A stretch of 64,000 nt of DNA from Guillardia theta CCMP2712 (taxonomy: Eukaryota > Protista > Cryptophyta), in NCBI RefSeq assembly GCF_000315625.1, contig NW_005434640.1, forward strand, positions 132,270 through 196,269. The letters are read 5' to 3'. A program made the position numbers and the translations under genes. Below the pieces are notes generated by a model. That model did not search any database and was not told where the DNA came from. It was given only the letters and a program-made list of their open reading frames with translations. How positions within the stretch are numbered: position 1 is the first letter of the stretch; the number at the start of each line of letters is the position of its first letter. Positions 1-12,227 of this stretch are shown piece by piece.

Positions 1-63
1 GGAGGAGGGGGGAAGAGGAGAAGAGAGAGGAGGAGAGAGAGAGAGGGAGTGAGAGAGAGAGAG

Positions 64-98
<35 letters not shown>

Positions 99-100
99 GA
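1..100. repeat. (GA)n/(GGA)n microsatellite
   Basis: Direct reading of the sequence; purine-only tract. Confidence 0.9.
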
Positions 101-586
101 AGGGGAGTAGGATCAAGATAAGGGGGGCAGGTCAAAGGGCGGGAAAGAGGTTCATACGACCGAACTGAAGCTAGTCAAACTTATTTCAATTTGACAATCT
201 GAGACGGGACAGATGGTGGACCGGATACGACACATCAGCCACATCAGCAATGACATCAGCAGCACATCAGCAGCACATCAGTGGCAGCAGCAGCAGCTGG
301 TGAACTAGCTGGGCTGGTAGTGATGGTGAACTGACATGAGGGAGGGGGAGGAACGATATGTTGTCAGCTGAATCGAAGAATGTCAGTGCTGAGATGACGA
401 CGATGGTAGATCAGGAGCTGTAGAATAGGGGAGTAGAGGATTGAGTCGGGAAAGCCTCGGCGAGATACTGAGGAGGAGTAATAGGAGCGGGTGTGCGAGG
501 AGGAGCTGGTGTATGAATTAAGGTGGAAGTATGAAGATCAAAGCAGTCGTGTTGGTCTTGGATGCCAGAGTCGCTTGTGGCTTCAT

Positions 587-3500
587 TCAAAGTGGGGGCA
601 CGATTCCGATCTGCATGAGGTAGGCGTAGCCGATGACGACGGCGACAATGAGGATGACGCAGCAGAGGCAGATGCAGCATGGCTTCTTGTTGTTGATCGC
701 CTCCTTGCAGACGTACGCGATGTACGCGGCGCACCTGCACTCGCTTGTCAGTACGAGAGAAATGGGGGTAGGGAAGGAGTGGAGGGGCCGAAGGACAGTT
801 GAGTGAAGGAGGGAGGGATGATGGAGGGCAGTGAGAAAGAGAGGAGGCGAGGGGAGAGGGTAAGAGAGGGGAGGAGGAGGAGAGAGGCAAGAGCGCACTG
901 GTCAGGGTAGAAGAGAGGGTTGGCAGGCTGGGGAGGGCGGTTGGGGTCTTTGAGTTTCGCCGGGCCCGCTCGGAATCCGAGCATTGCTGGGTTCGCTCTT
1001 GCCTTGGCTCGCGGCATGACCTGCAGGAGATCTCAGTCCAGCAACTTCCCAGCTGCAGTCCCACCTGGATGGTCAGCTGAATGCTGGCCTGAGCGTTCTT
1101 CTCGAAGTCGTAGCCGACCTGCGAGGCGAGCAGGTTGAGGAAGGGGCAGGCGAAGGAGGAGGAGGTACACGGAGGTACAAGGAAGCAAGGAAATGTGCTA
1201 GAGGAGAAAGCAGGAGAGGGGAAAGGCAGCAGACGAGAGAGGAGGGGAGGAAAGGCGAGCCGGGTAGGGAGAGAAGGACAGGAGAGAGGAATGGACGGTA
1301 GAGGGGACAGGATGCGGGGGGAAGGGGAACGCACCTTGGTGAAGTTCTTGTGGGCATATCTTCCGGGCCCACCAGGATGGCACAGTTTGTACCAGCGGAA
1401 GGGATACTTGGTTCCCTCCTCGTCCATCTCCAGATCGCCGGCGTTCTCGGGCTCTAGAGACACGATCTGCGAAGCCCCGGTGAGGAGGGAGGGGGAGAGG
1501 GGAGCTAGGGATCAGCTGGGAAGACCTCCATGTCGTCGGGGGATGACTTGCCCAAGTTCCTTTGCATGCAATCGCGGAAAATCTCCTGCAGACTCCGATC
1601 AGATCCGATCTTTCCCCCCCTCCGTTGTCCTTCTTGATCCACTTCCCCTCCCCCTTCTCCTCCCCCTTCCCATGTCCTTTCCTCTTCCCCTGTCCTCCTC
1701 TTCATCCTCTTCCTTCCCTACGTGCTCTCCCTCATACCCTTCGTCTCTCCTCGTCCCCATCCCTTCGCTCCCTCCTCTCACCCCAAGAGGAAGGATGCCC
1801 TCAGCGATCAGCTTATTGTTTTGAACTCCCAGCATGTCCTCGTGGAACACCTGCCAAGAGAGTGAGCGAAGCAGCGCGAGGGCCGCGGGGCAGCGGAGGC
1901 ACCGAGATGCGAAGGAGGAAGTCTTTGACAGGGAACGTTGGGTCGGGTGAAGGATATTTGATCCCCTTGAACTTCAAACGGTAGTTGAACATGGCCTTCC
2001 TAGACACCTGCGTCCACCCGACGTCAGCAGAAACTCTCTCTCTCGCTTGCTTCATTCGCTCCTTCCTGTCTTTCAGCATCCCTATGGACAACTTGCCTCC
2101 TACCTCGCTCACCCTCTGCACCCATCACATCCTCTTCCGCCATCCTCCCCTCCATCCCTCTCCGCGACTGATGGCGGCAACGTACCTTCACCAGCAAGTC
2201 CGTGTCCGTCTCCTTCGCCCTCCCCCAGCCGATCAGCTCGGCAAACACGATGACATTTGACGTGTAGCTAACCCCAGCTCGAGTTCAGCAGCCCCACAGC
2301 ACAAGTCTCGACCGTCTCACCCGGACATGGGAGCTACCCGCATGAGGTTCCAGACAATCATTCGCATCTCGAGCGGCATCTGACGCCCTGAGATGTTGAT
2401 GTCCTGCCCGACGGGTCAACCTCCTTTTCCTCCCTCCTCGTCCTCAACCTTGATCGGCCAGTCTGGGGCCTCCACAACAGGCTTCGCATCCAGGAAGAGC
2501 TGAAGTTTGCCGACACTGATGCCTGAGGGCCTGTCACAACCTCCTCCTACACGGCAGTCAGCCCACCTGGCTTGTTCTTCCTGTACAGATCTCGGACTTC
2601 TCTCTGGTCCAGGCATATCAGAAGAGCGTTCACCGCCGACGGGAAGGAGTACCGGCTTGTGGATCGTCTCCTCCCTCCACTCTGCGCAGAACCATCTGTC
2701 CTCAAGGTCGATGATCTGATTAATGACGTCACACCCAGCCGGGCAGCCAGAAGTATCCCCGCCCCCATTCTCCTCCACTCACAGTCTCTCCGATCACTTC
2801 TTCTCCTGCAGCTCAAAGTTCACGTGTGAAGGACACTCAAACACGTCGGCTCACCTGGCATCCAGCCGTCCTTGAGGTGGACTAGAGAAATCTTCATCTG
2901 CAACATCCCACAATCAGTAGGAGGCGGGAGGAGCGGCGACAAGGTCGGACCTGAGAGGGGCCAGGAAGGGGTGATTTGAGGACGGCACAGCGATAGAACT
3001 GAGGGTTTATTGCGCTGATGAGGTCATGGTCTTGCTCCCACTTCCATGTCTTGTTGCCCAAGGTGATCCTGGAAGAAGAAGTTCACTTCAGCTTCAGATG
3101 TCAGGAGAGAGCGAGGGGAGGGAGGAGGGGAAGAGAAGAGAAGGGGGAAGACACAGTAGAAGCAGGAAAGCAAGACAGTCTCCGACCTGACAGTGTTCTT
3201 GTGAATAGAAATCAGGTCATTGTGAACAGGAGTGATCTGGAAAGCTCTGAGCAGGTAAACACGAATCTCCACGTCCTGGCTCGGAAAGTTTTCGTTGATG
3301 TCCGGCATCTCATACGGCACCTGAGGCATGTCAGGTAAGTCCAACAGAAGAAGGCAGCGAGCCGGACCTCCCGTCCCTCCTTGAGCTCCTTCAGGTCCAG
3401 GAATCTGAGGAGGGGGTTAGACCAGCAGCTCTAGCAGGTGGTTCCTTACTGGGGCTCCAGACCCTTGGCAAGCTGTTCCTCCGTGAGCACTTGCTTCTCG

Positions 3501-6500
3501 TACACTTTGACCTTACACTTCAAGATCCCCACCACCTGCGCGACTGCGATCAGCGACTGAGATCAACTGGGCTATAGCCGGACCTCCGCCTCTTTCTGCT
3601 TGAAGTTCTTGATCGGTCCTCGAAAGAGCTTGACCTGCTCGCTCGTCAGTGCTCCACGCACAGCAGGCAGGAAAAGTCGCCTCGTCGAAGGTCGGGTCAA
3701 ACTTTTCTTGCCACATGGTCGGCTCCTCCTGCATCGAAGGATTGAGAGGAAGCTTTGACGGCCAGCAAGCCGACGACCTCTAGAGGAACATCGTAGGACT
3801 TGTGAGCTCTGAGAAGCATCCACTCCGTGTTCGGCTTCCCGTCTGCCGTGTCGACATTCTAGAACGCGCTCAGCATGCGACTCTCCTCCTGCTGGCAACG
3901 GAGACGTACCTCTTGTTGATCCGGCAAGATGTCATCTTCATCCAGAAGGGCATCTGCATGATCATCGTCCCCCTCTGCCTCCGCATCGTCTTGCTTTTTC
4001 CCATCTTGCACATCCTGCTTCAAGTGTAAGGGGAGGGGCTGGTTCACCAGGGATGCGACAGCACCGCATCCTCTCCGTTGTCAGAGACTCGATCTCCATC
4101 CACCAGCGCAGTCAAGTCAACGTAGTCCAGCTGGCCGCCTTGATCTGCGCTCGTCTCAGCCTTCCCTCTTGCTCGTTCCGACCATCTCACCTGCAACCTC
4201 CTCCACAGCCTGCACCTCCGCTGCTGCGTCTCCAGCCTGTGCCCTCCGTCACCAATCTGACAAGATGCGAATCGAAGACCTACCGACGACTTCTTCTTCC
4301 CCTTGTCCCCCTTCTTGCCCTTGGCTGCCTTTACGGCCTCCTTCTTTGCGCTGTCGTCCTCGGACTTGACAACTTTGTCTGTCAGGTACTGGAAGATTCG
4401 ATCTGAGAACTTCTTGGGGTCCGGTGCCTCCAGGTGCTGATCGAAAGCGCGCTGAACCTGACGGAAGGGAGGATGGTCAACATTGACAAGTCAACGTTGA
4501 AAGGTTTGTGCTTACAGCTTCATCCTTCTTCTCCCAGAAAGCTTCCAAGGTCTTCCTCTGACGCTGTGTCACAGTCCCGGCCTGATCGCAGACGTGAGAA
4601 GTGTCTGGCCAATGACAGGCATTCGAAGCTGCAGGATACAAACCTTCTGAAGATCTTTCGTGAAGGTGTAGAATTGCTTCCGTTTCTCTGCCGCAATCCT
4701 CTTGGCCTTGGCATCCTCGTCCTCATTCTCATTCTGCAAAGTATTCAGAGCATGTGTCTCTGCACGCAACTGTCCCCTACCTCCTCCAAGTTGTCGAGAT
4801 CTTCGGCTTCATCCAGGTAGAAATCTGAAACAGGAACATTCCCGTACGCTATGATGCAGGGACCGAGGGGGAGGAGAGGCTCGTCGTAGATGTAGAAGTC
4901 CAACCACGGCTGGAGTACACAGAAAGGAGGACGTGAGGCGAGGACAGGACAGGACAGGACAGGACAGGAGGGGAAAGCAGAGCAGAGAAGGAGTGCAGAA
5001 GAACAGAGACGAAAGGGAGCGAGAAAGAAGGGTAAACAAAGGGGATGAAAACGAAGAAAGTACAAGATTTGATGTCAAAAGTTAATCGAAAGCTCATCTC
5101 ATCCCCGTACCGCGTAGTTGACGTCCTTGGGCAAGAGTATATCAATCTCGAGGCATTCCATGAAGTTGGCGTTGTTCGGGCTGGGCCTGTCCGTCGGCTA
5201 CACGAGCATCACAACCTTCCACTCCCCTAGTCACCAGCGCACCTTCACTTGGACAGCAGTCTTGGGGTCATCACAAGAGATCTCCACAAACGGTTTCTTG
5301 ACCTTCATGATCGGAGGCATTGGGTCCGTCAAGTCTCTCAGCCCCAGCACCTGGAGAGACGTCAGGGACAGGCTCGCCTCAGGCGCTTCGGTCTCACTTG
5401 GATCTGAATCTTTGACTCCCTCATCTCCACATAGGTGATGGGAGCCTTGTCAGTGGGGGTGGCCCGGGTCACCGACGACCTGCGTCCAGCTCAGGGGCAG
5501 CAGGAGACCGCTAGGGAGGGGCTGACTTGTCGGGGACGAGAGGCAGCGGAACCTCCTTGAGGATTCTCTCGTCGCAATGGATGACCTGGTAAAGTCTCAA
5601 TACCTCGCCGTTGACAAGTGACGTCGCGGCTGATCAGCTCAGCTCAGCGGTCACCTGGAAGGAGCACAAGATGTAGCCCAGCTCGACGGCCGGATCGCCA
5701 TCGAACAAGTGCCTCCACTCTGGATTGGTCTGAAGGGGAGGACTCGTCAGCTAACCGCGTGACACTCGTACCGAACTTCGATACCTTGCGAGTCAAACAT
5801 TGCTCCGGGTCAATGAAAGTCCTTCCGATCATTCGGGTTGATTTGCCGAAGGGCATTGGGATCTCTTCCCATACCGACAGCTCAATCCTGTCGACTTCAA
5901 ATCACCCAGTCAATCTCGAAAGGTATGCCTCACCTCTGAGCGATCCTCAACATCGTAAGGTTGTCGTCAACCTCGCTCAAATCCTGGATCATAGCCATCA
6001 GGGTCTCCTTCTTAGTCTTACAGTACTCTTCTACCTCTGCATCCACCATGTAGTCCTCCACGCTAGAATCTTGCTCCTGAACCACTAAGTCACACGCTCG
6101 AAATCTGCTGTAACCTCAACGTACATGAACGTTGGGAAGTAGAATCATCTCAAGGTCAGAGAGAGTCAAGGTCGTGTCATACGTCGGGTTGTTTGTCAAG
6201 TGCACCGTGTCTGAGTTAGCAACCGGATAGTTGGCATATCGTAGCCGGACGAACGAGCTGGCGACTCCGCTCTCAGCCTTTCCTTGCAACTGCTTTGCCT
6301 GGTACACGTGCGCCCTGATCGTGAAACCTGCATACCAGTGCAGCAGGTCTGAAGTTGGCTTGGGGATTGGAATCCTGTTCCATTCCTGTTGCAAGGGAGA
6401 GAAACGCATCAGAAAAATTCGAGCCATCAAACAACACTCATAACCTTCCAAGGGCTCAAGATGGGGGGGCCAGATCCGAACGGCGGGGCATTTGCGCATT

Positions 6501-8361
6501 TTTCCCTTGTCGGCAACCACAGCTTGGCTGAGAACGCAAGAAATCCTGCGTGTTCCTCTTTGGCAATCTTGCAACTAGCGTCTCTCTGGAGTTCTCTGAT
6601 TTGGAACCCAAGGTACGGGTGCATGATTTTCCTGCTATCTGGAAGAAACTCGTTTCCCCAAGGGACCTTCTTCGATGGGCTAGGGGCTGAATCTCCAGCA
6701 TTCAGCATGATCGACTCAACACCCATGTACGTCTCGCCAGTTCCGTTGTCAAACTTTGACATGCCCACGAACACAGTATCTTGGATGTCTGCCCAATCGT
6801 CCCCTCTTCCAAGGAGAACGGATATGACCGACCCACGCCAAAAGCCGATGAGCTCCTGGAATATACCTACTCCCATTGGATCCGTCCTGTAGACTTTGAC
6901 GACACAGTCTGGCAGATTCCTGACAAAGTGTGCAGGATTCCATGTTCCCGATCCAGTGCTGAGTTTTCCAGGCAGACCATCGGGATTGTCTCTCAAGTCG
7001 TCAAAGGGAAAGTCGCACTCTAGCTCCACTGCAGCATAGAACTCGAACGTGCCGTTGTCAGCTTTTGCTGCTGGTTTGCACTGCACAGACTTTCTTCCAA
7101 TACAGAACTCAACGGTGACAGCAGACAGGCTTCCAGTGATGTTCAAACCCTCACCATAGAAAATCTGAAACCTGAACATGCACTTTTGGTATGGATCTGA
7201 CCATTTGTCTTCACAGTCCTTGGGCTTCAAAGCAATGTTGGCAGGAGATGGCTCACCAGTTTCAAACTTTCGAGGCTCCAATTCGATCCCAAGCAGAACT
7301 CTTCCTCCGTAATTGATTGGAGAAGAGTAACCCTTGTATTGGCTGGTGGCCGAGATTTGCTCCAGGAACTGAGAGGGCGTCTGATCTACCCCAGTCAAAG
7401 TTCCCGGAACAGTAAAAAGTCGGTCAAAGGCGTTAGATTCTCGTTGATAGATGTCAATCCATCGCGGAGCACGAAACCTGTCTTGGTTACAAACCAATTC
7501 TTTCCAACTCAGCACCAACTGTGACAGAACTTGTTTGGAAGTTGCACAGACCACTTGGCAAAAAATCAAGTCGTGATAGTTCGGCTCGTAGAAGGGTGCC
7601 TGTATCAGGACATTCCAGTTTGGCCGGATCGTGTTAGCCTGCGGGTCGCCTTTGACCACACCGCAAGCTGTTATCACCCGAACACCTGGGTCGGCAGAGA
7701 AACGCCCTGTGGAGAAAGGAAGGTCAAACCCTTTGTAGAAGTTGAACTTGATGTTGTACTGATGAGGAGCAACCTTCCTCAGGTTGAGCCTGGGGATCTG
7801 AAGAATCCTCGGTGGCTCTCGGCGCAGGTCCCAGTCCGCAAGCGCGTCAGGGGCGCGTTTCTGCACAGCTCCCTTCTCCAGGAGAGTGTTAATGACGCAG
7901 TTCAACTTGACGAAGCCCAGTGGCTCTGCTGGCAGATCAGAGTTTGGGTTCACAATCGGGAACCATTGCATCGGAATCATGTGTCCTTCTGCGAGATAGA
8001 TATCCAAAACGCCCAGGTTGACTTCTCCGATATAGGTCGGAAGCACCACCATCTTCTGAGTATAGAAGATGATCTTGACAGAGGAGAGAAAGAAATCGGC
8101 AGGCTGGCCGTAGTACTCCTTCTTATAGACCTTGTTGACAATGGTGCTGATCTCGTTCTGAAAAACTGTCGAGTCACTATGGATGCCATCGTGAACCACC
8201 TGAACGAGCAAGTTGTTTGCGCCATCTGAGTGGTTCGACATCATTCCACGGGTCTCCCAGACCGTCGTGATGATGTTCCAGGCACAATCCCGCGCATCGT
8301 TGTCGATCTGGAACTTCTGACAAAGATCAGCGTATCCCGGGATAGGGTCAAATGAAGGCAT
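587..8361 (-). CDS. Ferlin-family multi-C2-domain tail-anchored membrane protein (multi-exon; true start may lie further upstream, up to ~8600)
   Basis: Exons carry ferlin motifs in the correct order: IGEVNLGVLDIY..MQWFPI..GFVKLNC (C2B); YNIKFNFYKGFDLP..ADPGVRV..PNWN..APRWIDIY..YGGRVLLGIE (C2C); FTIRAHVYQAKQL..TNNPTYD (C2D); VEIRVYLLRAF..ITLGNK..INPQFY..PLPGPS (C2E); EMRMIVWN..AMFNYRLKF (C2F); KLKDPNRP followed by a C-terminal TM helix (CICLCCVILIVAVVIGYAYL), stop at 587. Confidence 0.88.
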
Positions 8362-8579
8362 CCTGTCAGGCGTGCAAAGCCCAAGACGTCAAGGCGTCCC
8401 TGACTCCTCCTCACGACCGTCAGGCAGAAGGCATGCCTTCACAGCAAGAGCAGGGTCCTCTCCTGATGACTTCTTCTTCTCCTCCCCTCTCACTCTCCTT
8501 TTGCCTCGCCGTCTCCGCCCTGCATTGCTGCCATCGCGTCTCTTCACGCCAGCCGCACTGACCCGCCTCAGATCAGCTA

Positions 8580-8760
8580 GAGGGGGGTACTTGAATCTCA
8601 TCGGGGGTGGTTTGATCTAGAGTCTCAGGGGGTAGGGTACAAAATGCACAATTTTGTCCCCTAAAAGATACTGAGCAGCATTGGGTGATGTAGGGGTGGG
8701 TTATAAAAGCAGGGGGTAGCGTTGGAAAGCTCACGCGGAGAGGTAGGGTGGTAGCAACAA
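8580..8760 (-). promoter_or_regulatory. TACCCC-rich tract upstream of the ferlin gene
   Basis: Repeated ggggta/gggtag on + (TACCCC/CTACCC on the gene's sense strand); similar tracts precede other genes. Function is inferred. Confidence 0.4.
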
Positions 8761-8789
8761 AGAGTGAACCCATAGAGCGGTCAGAAAAA

Positions 8790-9400
8790 GGCTCCGACCG
8801 GAAGTTCCGAAGGCCCGGCAGGCTTCCTCCCGGCCGCGCCGTCCGGCTCCGACCGTCCGACTAAGTTAAGTTTGGGGGACAGCAGTCGGCAGGATTGGGT
8901 TTGGTTCTCGCTGTCTTTTCTCTTCTCGCCGTTTGGCCTGTGCGACAGTGTCAGGGTCAAGCCTCCTCGACTCTCCTGATTGTCCTCGTACTGATTTTAA
9001 CTTAACTTTGAGTAAAGCTCCGACTCGGTAACGCTCAGCCTGGCAGCCGCAAGCTGTGGCCGGGAGTGCCCGGCCCTCAGCCGGGCACCTCCGTCACAGG
9101 ACTCCGTGACACGGCAGTGACACCCGCCGGGACTGGGCCGGGAGGCTTGCAACGGAGCCTGAGCATCGGAGACGGTCCGACAGCACGGTCCGGTCACGGG
9201 GGCACCGAGTCACGACTCGACGAGCCCACGCCGCACTGCGCGGTCTAATGGCCCCGAGTTCAATCACGGTGCACTGCGGCAGACTCACTGAAGGGGGCAT
9301 CAATCCTCAGGGCACTGGGGCCGGGCCGATTCGGCGGCAGTCACGCCGTTTCGATCTGAACGGGGACAGTCAAATTTTCAAATACGAAATTTGACAGGCC
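8790..9400. repeat. GC-rich palindromic intergenic island (copy 1)
   Basis: Shares words with the other islands (gtgcactgcggc, cccggcc, ggtcacgg, ccgagtc); short inverted repeats aagttaagtt/aacttaactt and gtcaaattt-N9-aaatttgac. Confidence 0.6.
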
Positions 9401-9481
9401 CTTGGCGCCGCAGCCTGTAATTGAGGCGTCGCAGTAGCGGCGAACTCAAATCAGAGTCGCCGGACACTTTTCAGCAGCAAA

Positions 9482-10087
9482 ATGTCGATTACGCTGGAAA
9501 CGGACCCCAGGATCCCTTTGCCGACTGCTGAGATGAGGAAGATCTACGAGCTCAAGGGCGAGATGTTTGCCGAGAAGATAGGGATGCAGGATAACCGTAT
9601 GCACATTGGGATACGCCGGCTCCTTGACGCTTCGAGGCACTGGGAAGAACCAGAATGTTTCTCGTTGGACAAGGTTTGTAACGAGCTGGGCATCGGCGGC
9701 GCTGCTCGAAGAGAGATGTGCGATAGATTCAAGATCCAGAACCGGGCCTTAGTGGATGTCAAGACTGTGCTCATGCTGATTGTTGCTTCTCCAAACGAGG
9801 GCGAAGCAAGTGTCAAGTACACAAACTCAGGAGTGAGAAAGCATCCTCTCAAGGATTATCGGACCAGCATCATCAACGTTGCGACAGGAGGACTTCTTCC
9901 CCTCCCCATCCTCAAGCGAATCGCCATGTTTCCAGAGGATCTCTGCACATGGAAGAGGGAAGGTGCCGTGAAACCCTCGATTGAGGTGCTCGCGGAGATC
10001 TACCTTCACTACTGCAACGGAGACATTGAAAGTTTCACTTCAAACGCTTTCAAATTGCATCACTACCTCATGCACACAAATGTGTAG
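9482..10087 (+). CDS. Hypothetical protein, intronless, 201 aa, possible HTH-like segment
   Basis: Clean ATG-stop ORF with globular-protein composition; FSLDKVCNELGIGGAARREM looks HTH-like. Confidence 0.7.
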   Translation: MSITLETDPRIPLPTAEMRKIYELKGEMFAEKIGMQDNRMHIGIRRLLDASRHWEEPECFSLDKVCNELGIGGAARREMCDRFKIQNRALVDVKTVLMLIVASPNEGEASVKYTNSGVRKHPLKDYRTSIINVATGGLLPLPILKRIAMFPEDLCTWKREGAVKPSIEVLAEIYLHYCNGDIESFTSNAFKLHHYLMHTNV

Positions 10088-10681
10088 GACATGTCATGGT
10101 CAAGATCATTATGGTGCCTGGCGATACAGCGCTTTTCCGAGTTCGGAACAAGCGATATCACATATCGGGTCAACCTCTATGGATCTCAAAGTATGAATGA
10201 AATCATGCACACAAGGTTCCTGACATGCCATATGATGCTTTCCTCAGCTAACCTACCCGTATGATTCTCATCCCTGGTCTTCCATCCCCCAACCCCCGCC
10301 TCCAACGTTTTCCAGCCGCTGTACCGTTTGCCCTAAGTTGTTTGAAAAGTTCAGTGAAAAGTTCAGAGAATTGCTTCCGGTTACGCATTGAGTCAGGTTA
10401 TCAGTATCCAGCCTACTTGCCTATACCTGCATCGTATTGACACCTCTGCACCCACTTCAGTTCCAAAACGGCGCATGGCATGATCTCAGCTATTCGCTCT
10501 CTTTTGAGGTATCGATCCAGTTACTGTAACAGTTTTAATGCGGGCTGAGAACGAAAAACAAAAGGATGGATCGCCATCACAGAGGCCTCAAAAAGTAGGA
10601 GATCCAGTCATCCAACGAAGCCTGTTGCTATGTAACGCCTTGGACAACTTTCAAGTTGTCAAATCTTGATCTTGCCATGAT

Positions 10682-11170
10682 TTAGGCGTTGGCGCATCCA
10701 ATGCCGTCTGGGCAGTTCATGCGCGGGTCCTCGTACATGCCATGAGAGATAGGCTTCCCGTCAGCCCCAACTTTTCCTGTAACGTCCACGACGTTGATGT
10801 AGGCAGTGCCAATGATGTCCGAAGCAATGCCCCTACACGAGCGGGAGTCAGAGGCAAGCAGAGGCCATCCCTGCCTATCGACAACAAGCAAATGAAGAAG
10901 TAGAGAGGAAGAACGATGAAAGGTTTCGGGGTTGATCGCATAACCAGAATGCATTTTTTCTATAGCACTGAGCGACATGTAACCATTCCACACCAATATC
11001 TCTCACCTGTAATCGGAGTTGGTGTTCCTTGACATGTCCTTAGCAGCAGCGGCTGAATCCTCCATGCTCTTCTCGTAGTTTCCTGAGACCCCTGAGATGA
11101 TGTCCTGCGCTGCCACTGAGGGGTCAAGGCTCCTCGCCAGCATCGTGGCCATCCGGATGGTAGCAAACAT
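10682..11170 (-). CDS. Small lineage-specific protein (MFATIRMATML...), at least 1 intron
   Basis: ATG at 11170; a 39-nt gtgag...ctcag intron joins the 11003-11236 and 10682-10996 ORFs in frame (..NSDY-S-AIEKMH..); ends ..NCPDGIGCANA*. Confidence 0.65.
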
Positions 11171-11479
11171 TTTTCGCAAACTGGTGCGGAACGACTCCAC
11201 CCCTATCACCACTACCCGTATGCTCAACGGAGACATTCATATGCGGGGGTCATACCGCATGTAGTACGGATAGATTGTTATATAAATATAATAAAATAAA
11301 TACATACCAATATTTGTACTTAAAATACATTTAAATTATAGACTAAACAGTGTTTAATATTCGTTCTCTTCCTGCTGTCCACTACTAAATTGGGAAGTGG
11401 TCTACCATCATCCCCCACTACGTCGGTCGGATCGGCCGGGCCTGTTGGCCGGTCGTACCACTCCGGTACCACCAAAAGT

Positions 11480-11830
11480 GAACCATGGTGTAGCTTACAG
11501 GTGGGTGGGGGTGATCAGTGTTGGGGAGATGAGGGGTGGGGGTTAAATGCGTTGGAGGTGTAGTGGGTAAGGTGATAGAAGTAGGGGTACTTTGAACGAG
11601 AAATAAAGGGGTGTAAGTAGACTTCGTCCAGCTATACCGTAGTCGGTAGGGGTACACAAAGGGTCCTAAAAGGATTTGGACGAACAAAAGGGTACAGGCG
11701 GGGATGAAAAGGGTAGGTGGTACGAGAAACCATCAGGAAAAGGTGGGTGGGATAGCTATTGCAAAACCAGAGAAATTGGGGGTGGGGGTCTTCGAAAGGG
11801 ATTGAGTGTGGGGGTGCTGGGTAGGGGTTG
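11480..11830 (-). promoter_or_regulatory. TACCCC-rich tract upstream of the small minus-strand gene
   Basis: Dense ggggta/gggtag/ggggtg words on +, next to an AT-rich stretch at 11275-11360. Confidence 0.4.
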
Positions 11831-12227
11831 ATGGCTGGTCATGTCAGAAACAGCTCTGATGATGAATGTGGAGGAGAAACATGCAGGGAGGAGCGAAGAT
11901 GGAAGAGTGGAGATGGAATAGCGAAACTTTGATGTGTGCCATGTTGTGAGAGTTGTTGATCGAGCCGTTGTTATGGTCGTCAAATCGATCGGTGAGCTGT
12001 ATGTGAATCTGAAGTAGAACTTGAATTGGTTCGGGGATTCCTGCCGTGTAGTCTAGATGCTCAGAAGAATCATGGTTGCCCTCTACGATCGAGGGTGTAG
12101 AGATATGTCTTATCGCCAGAGCAGATGATTTGAGGTTGAACCGTAAAGCTGACTTGTTGAAGATCCTCTGGTCAGGTTGAGAAGCATGCACGAATAGGCA
12201 AGCCAGATCACACTACCCCGAAGAAGC

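Noticed and set aside
1-110. GA-rich tract resembling the cryptophyte nucleomorph telomere unit
   Set aside because: Not a regular tandem of that unit; similar purine tracts occur throughout the introns.
225-300. acatcagcagc repeats (and 43302-43358) as CRISPR-like arrays
   Set aside because: Short tandem duplications with no unique spacers and no cas genes, in a eukaryotic context.
411-1463. 350-aa minus-strand ORF as a standalone gene
   Set aside because: It is ferlin 3' exons read through pyrimidine-rich introns.
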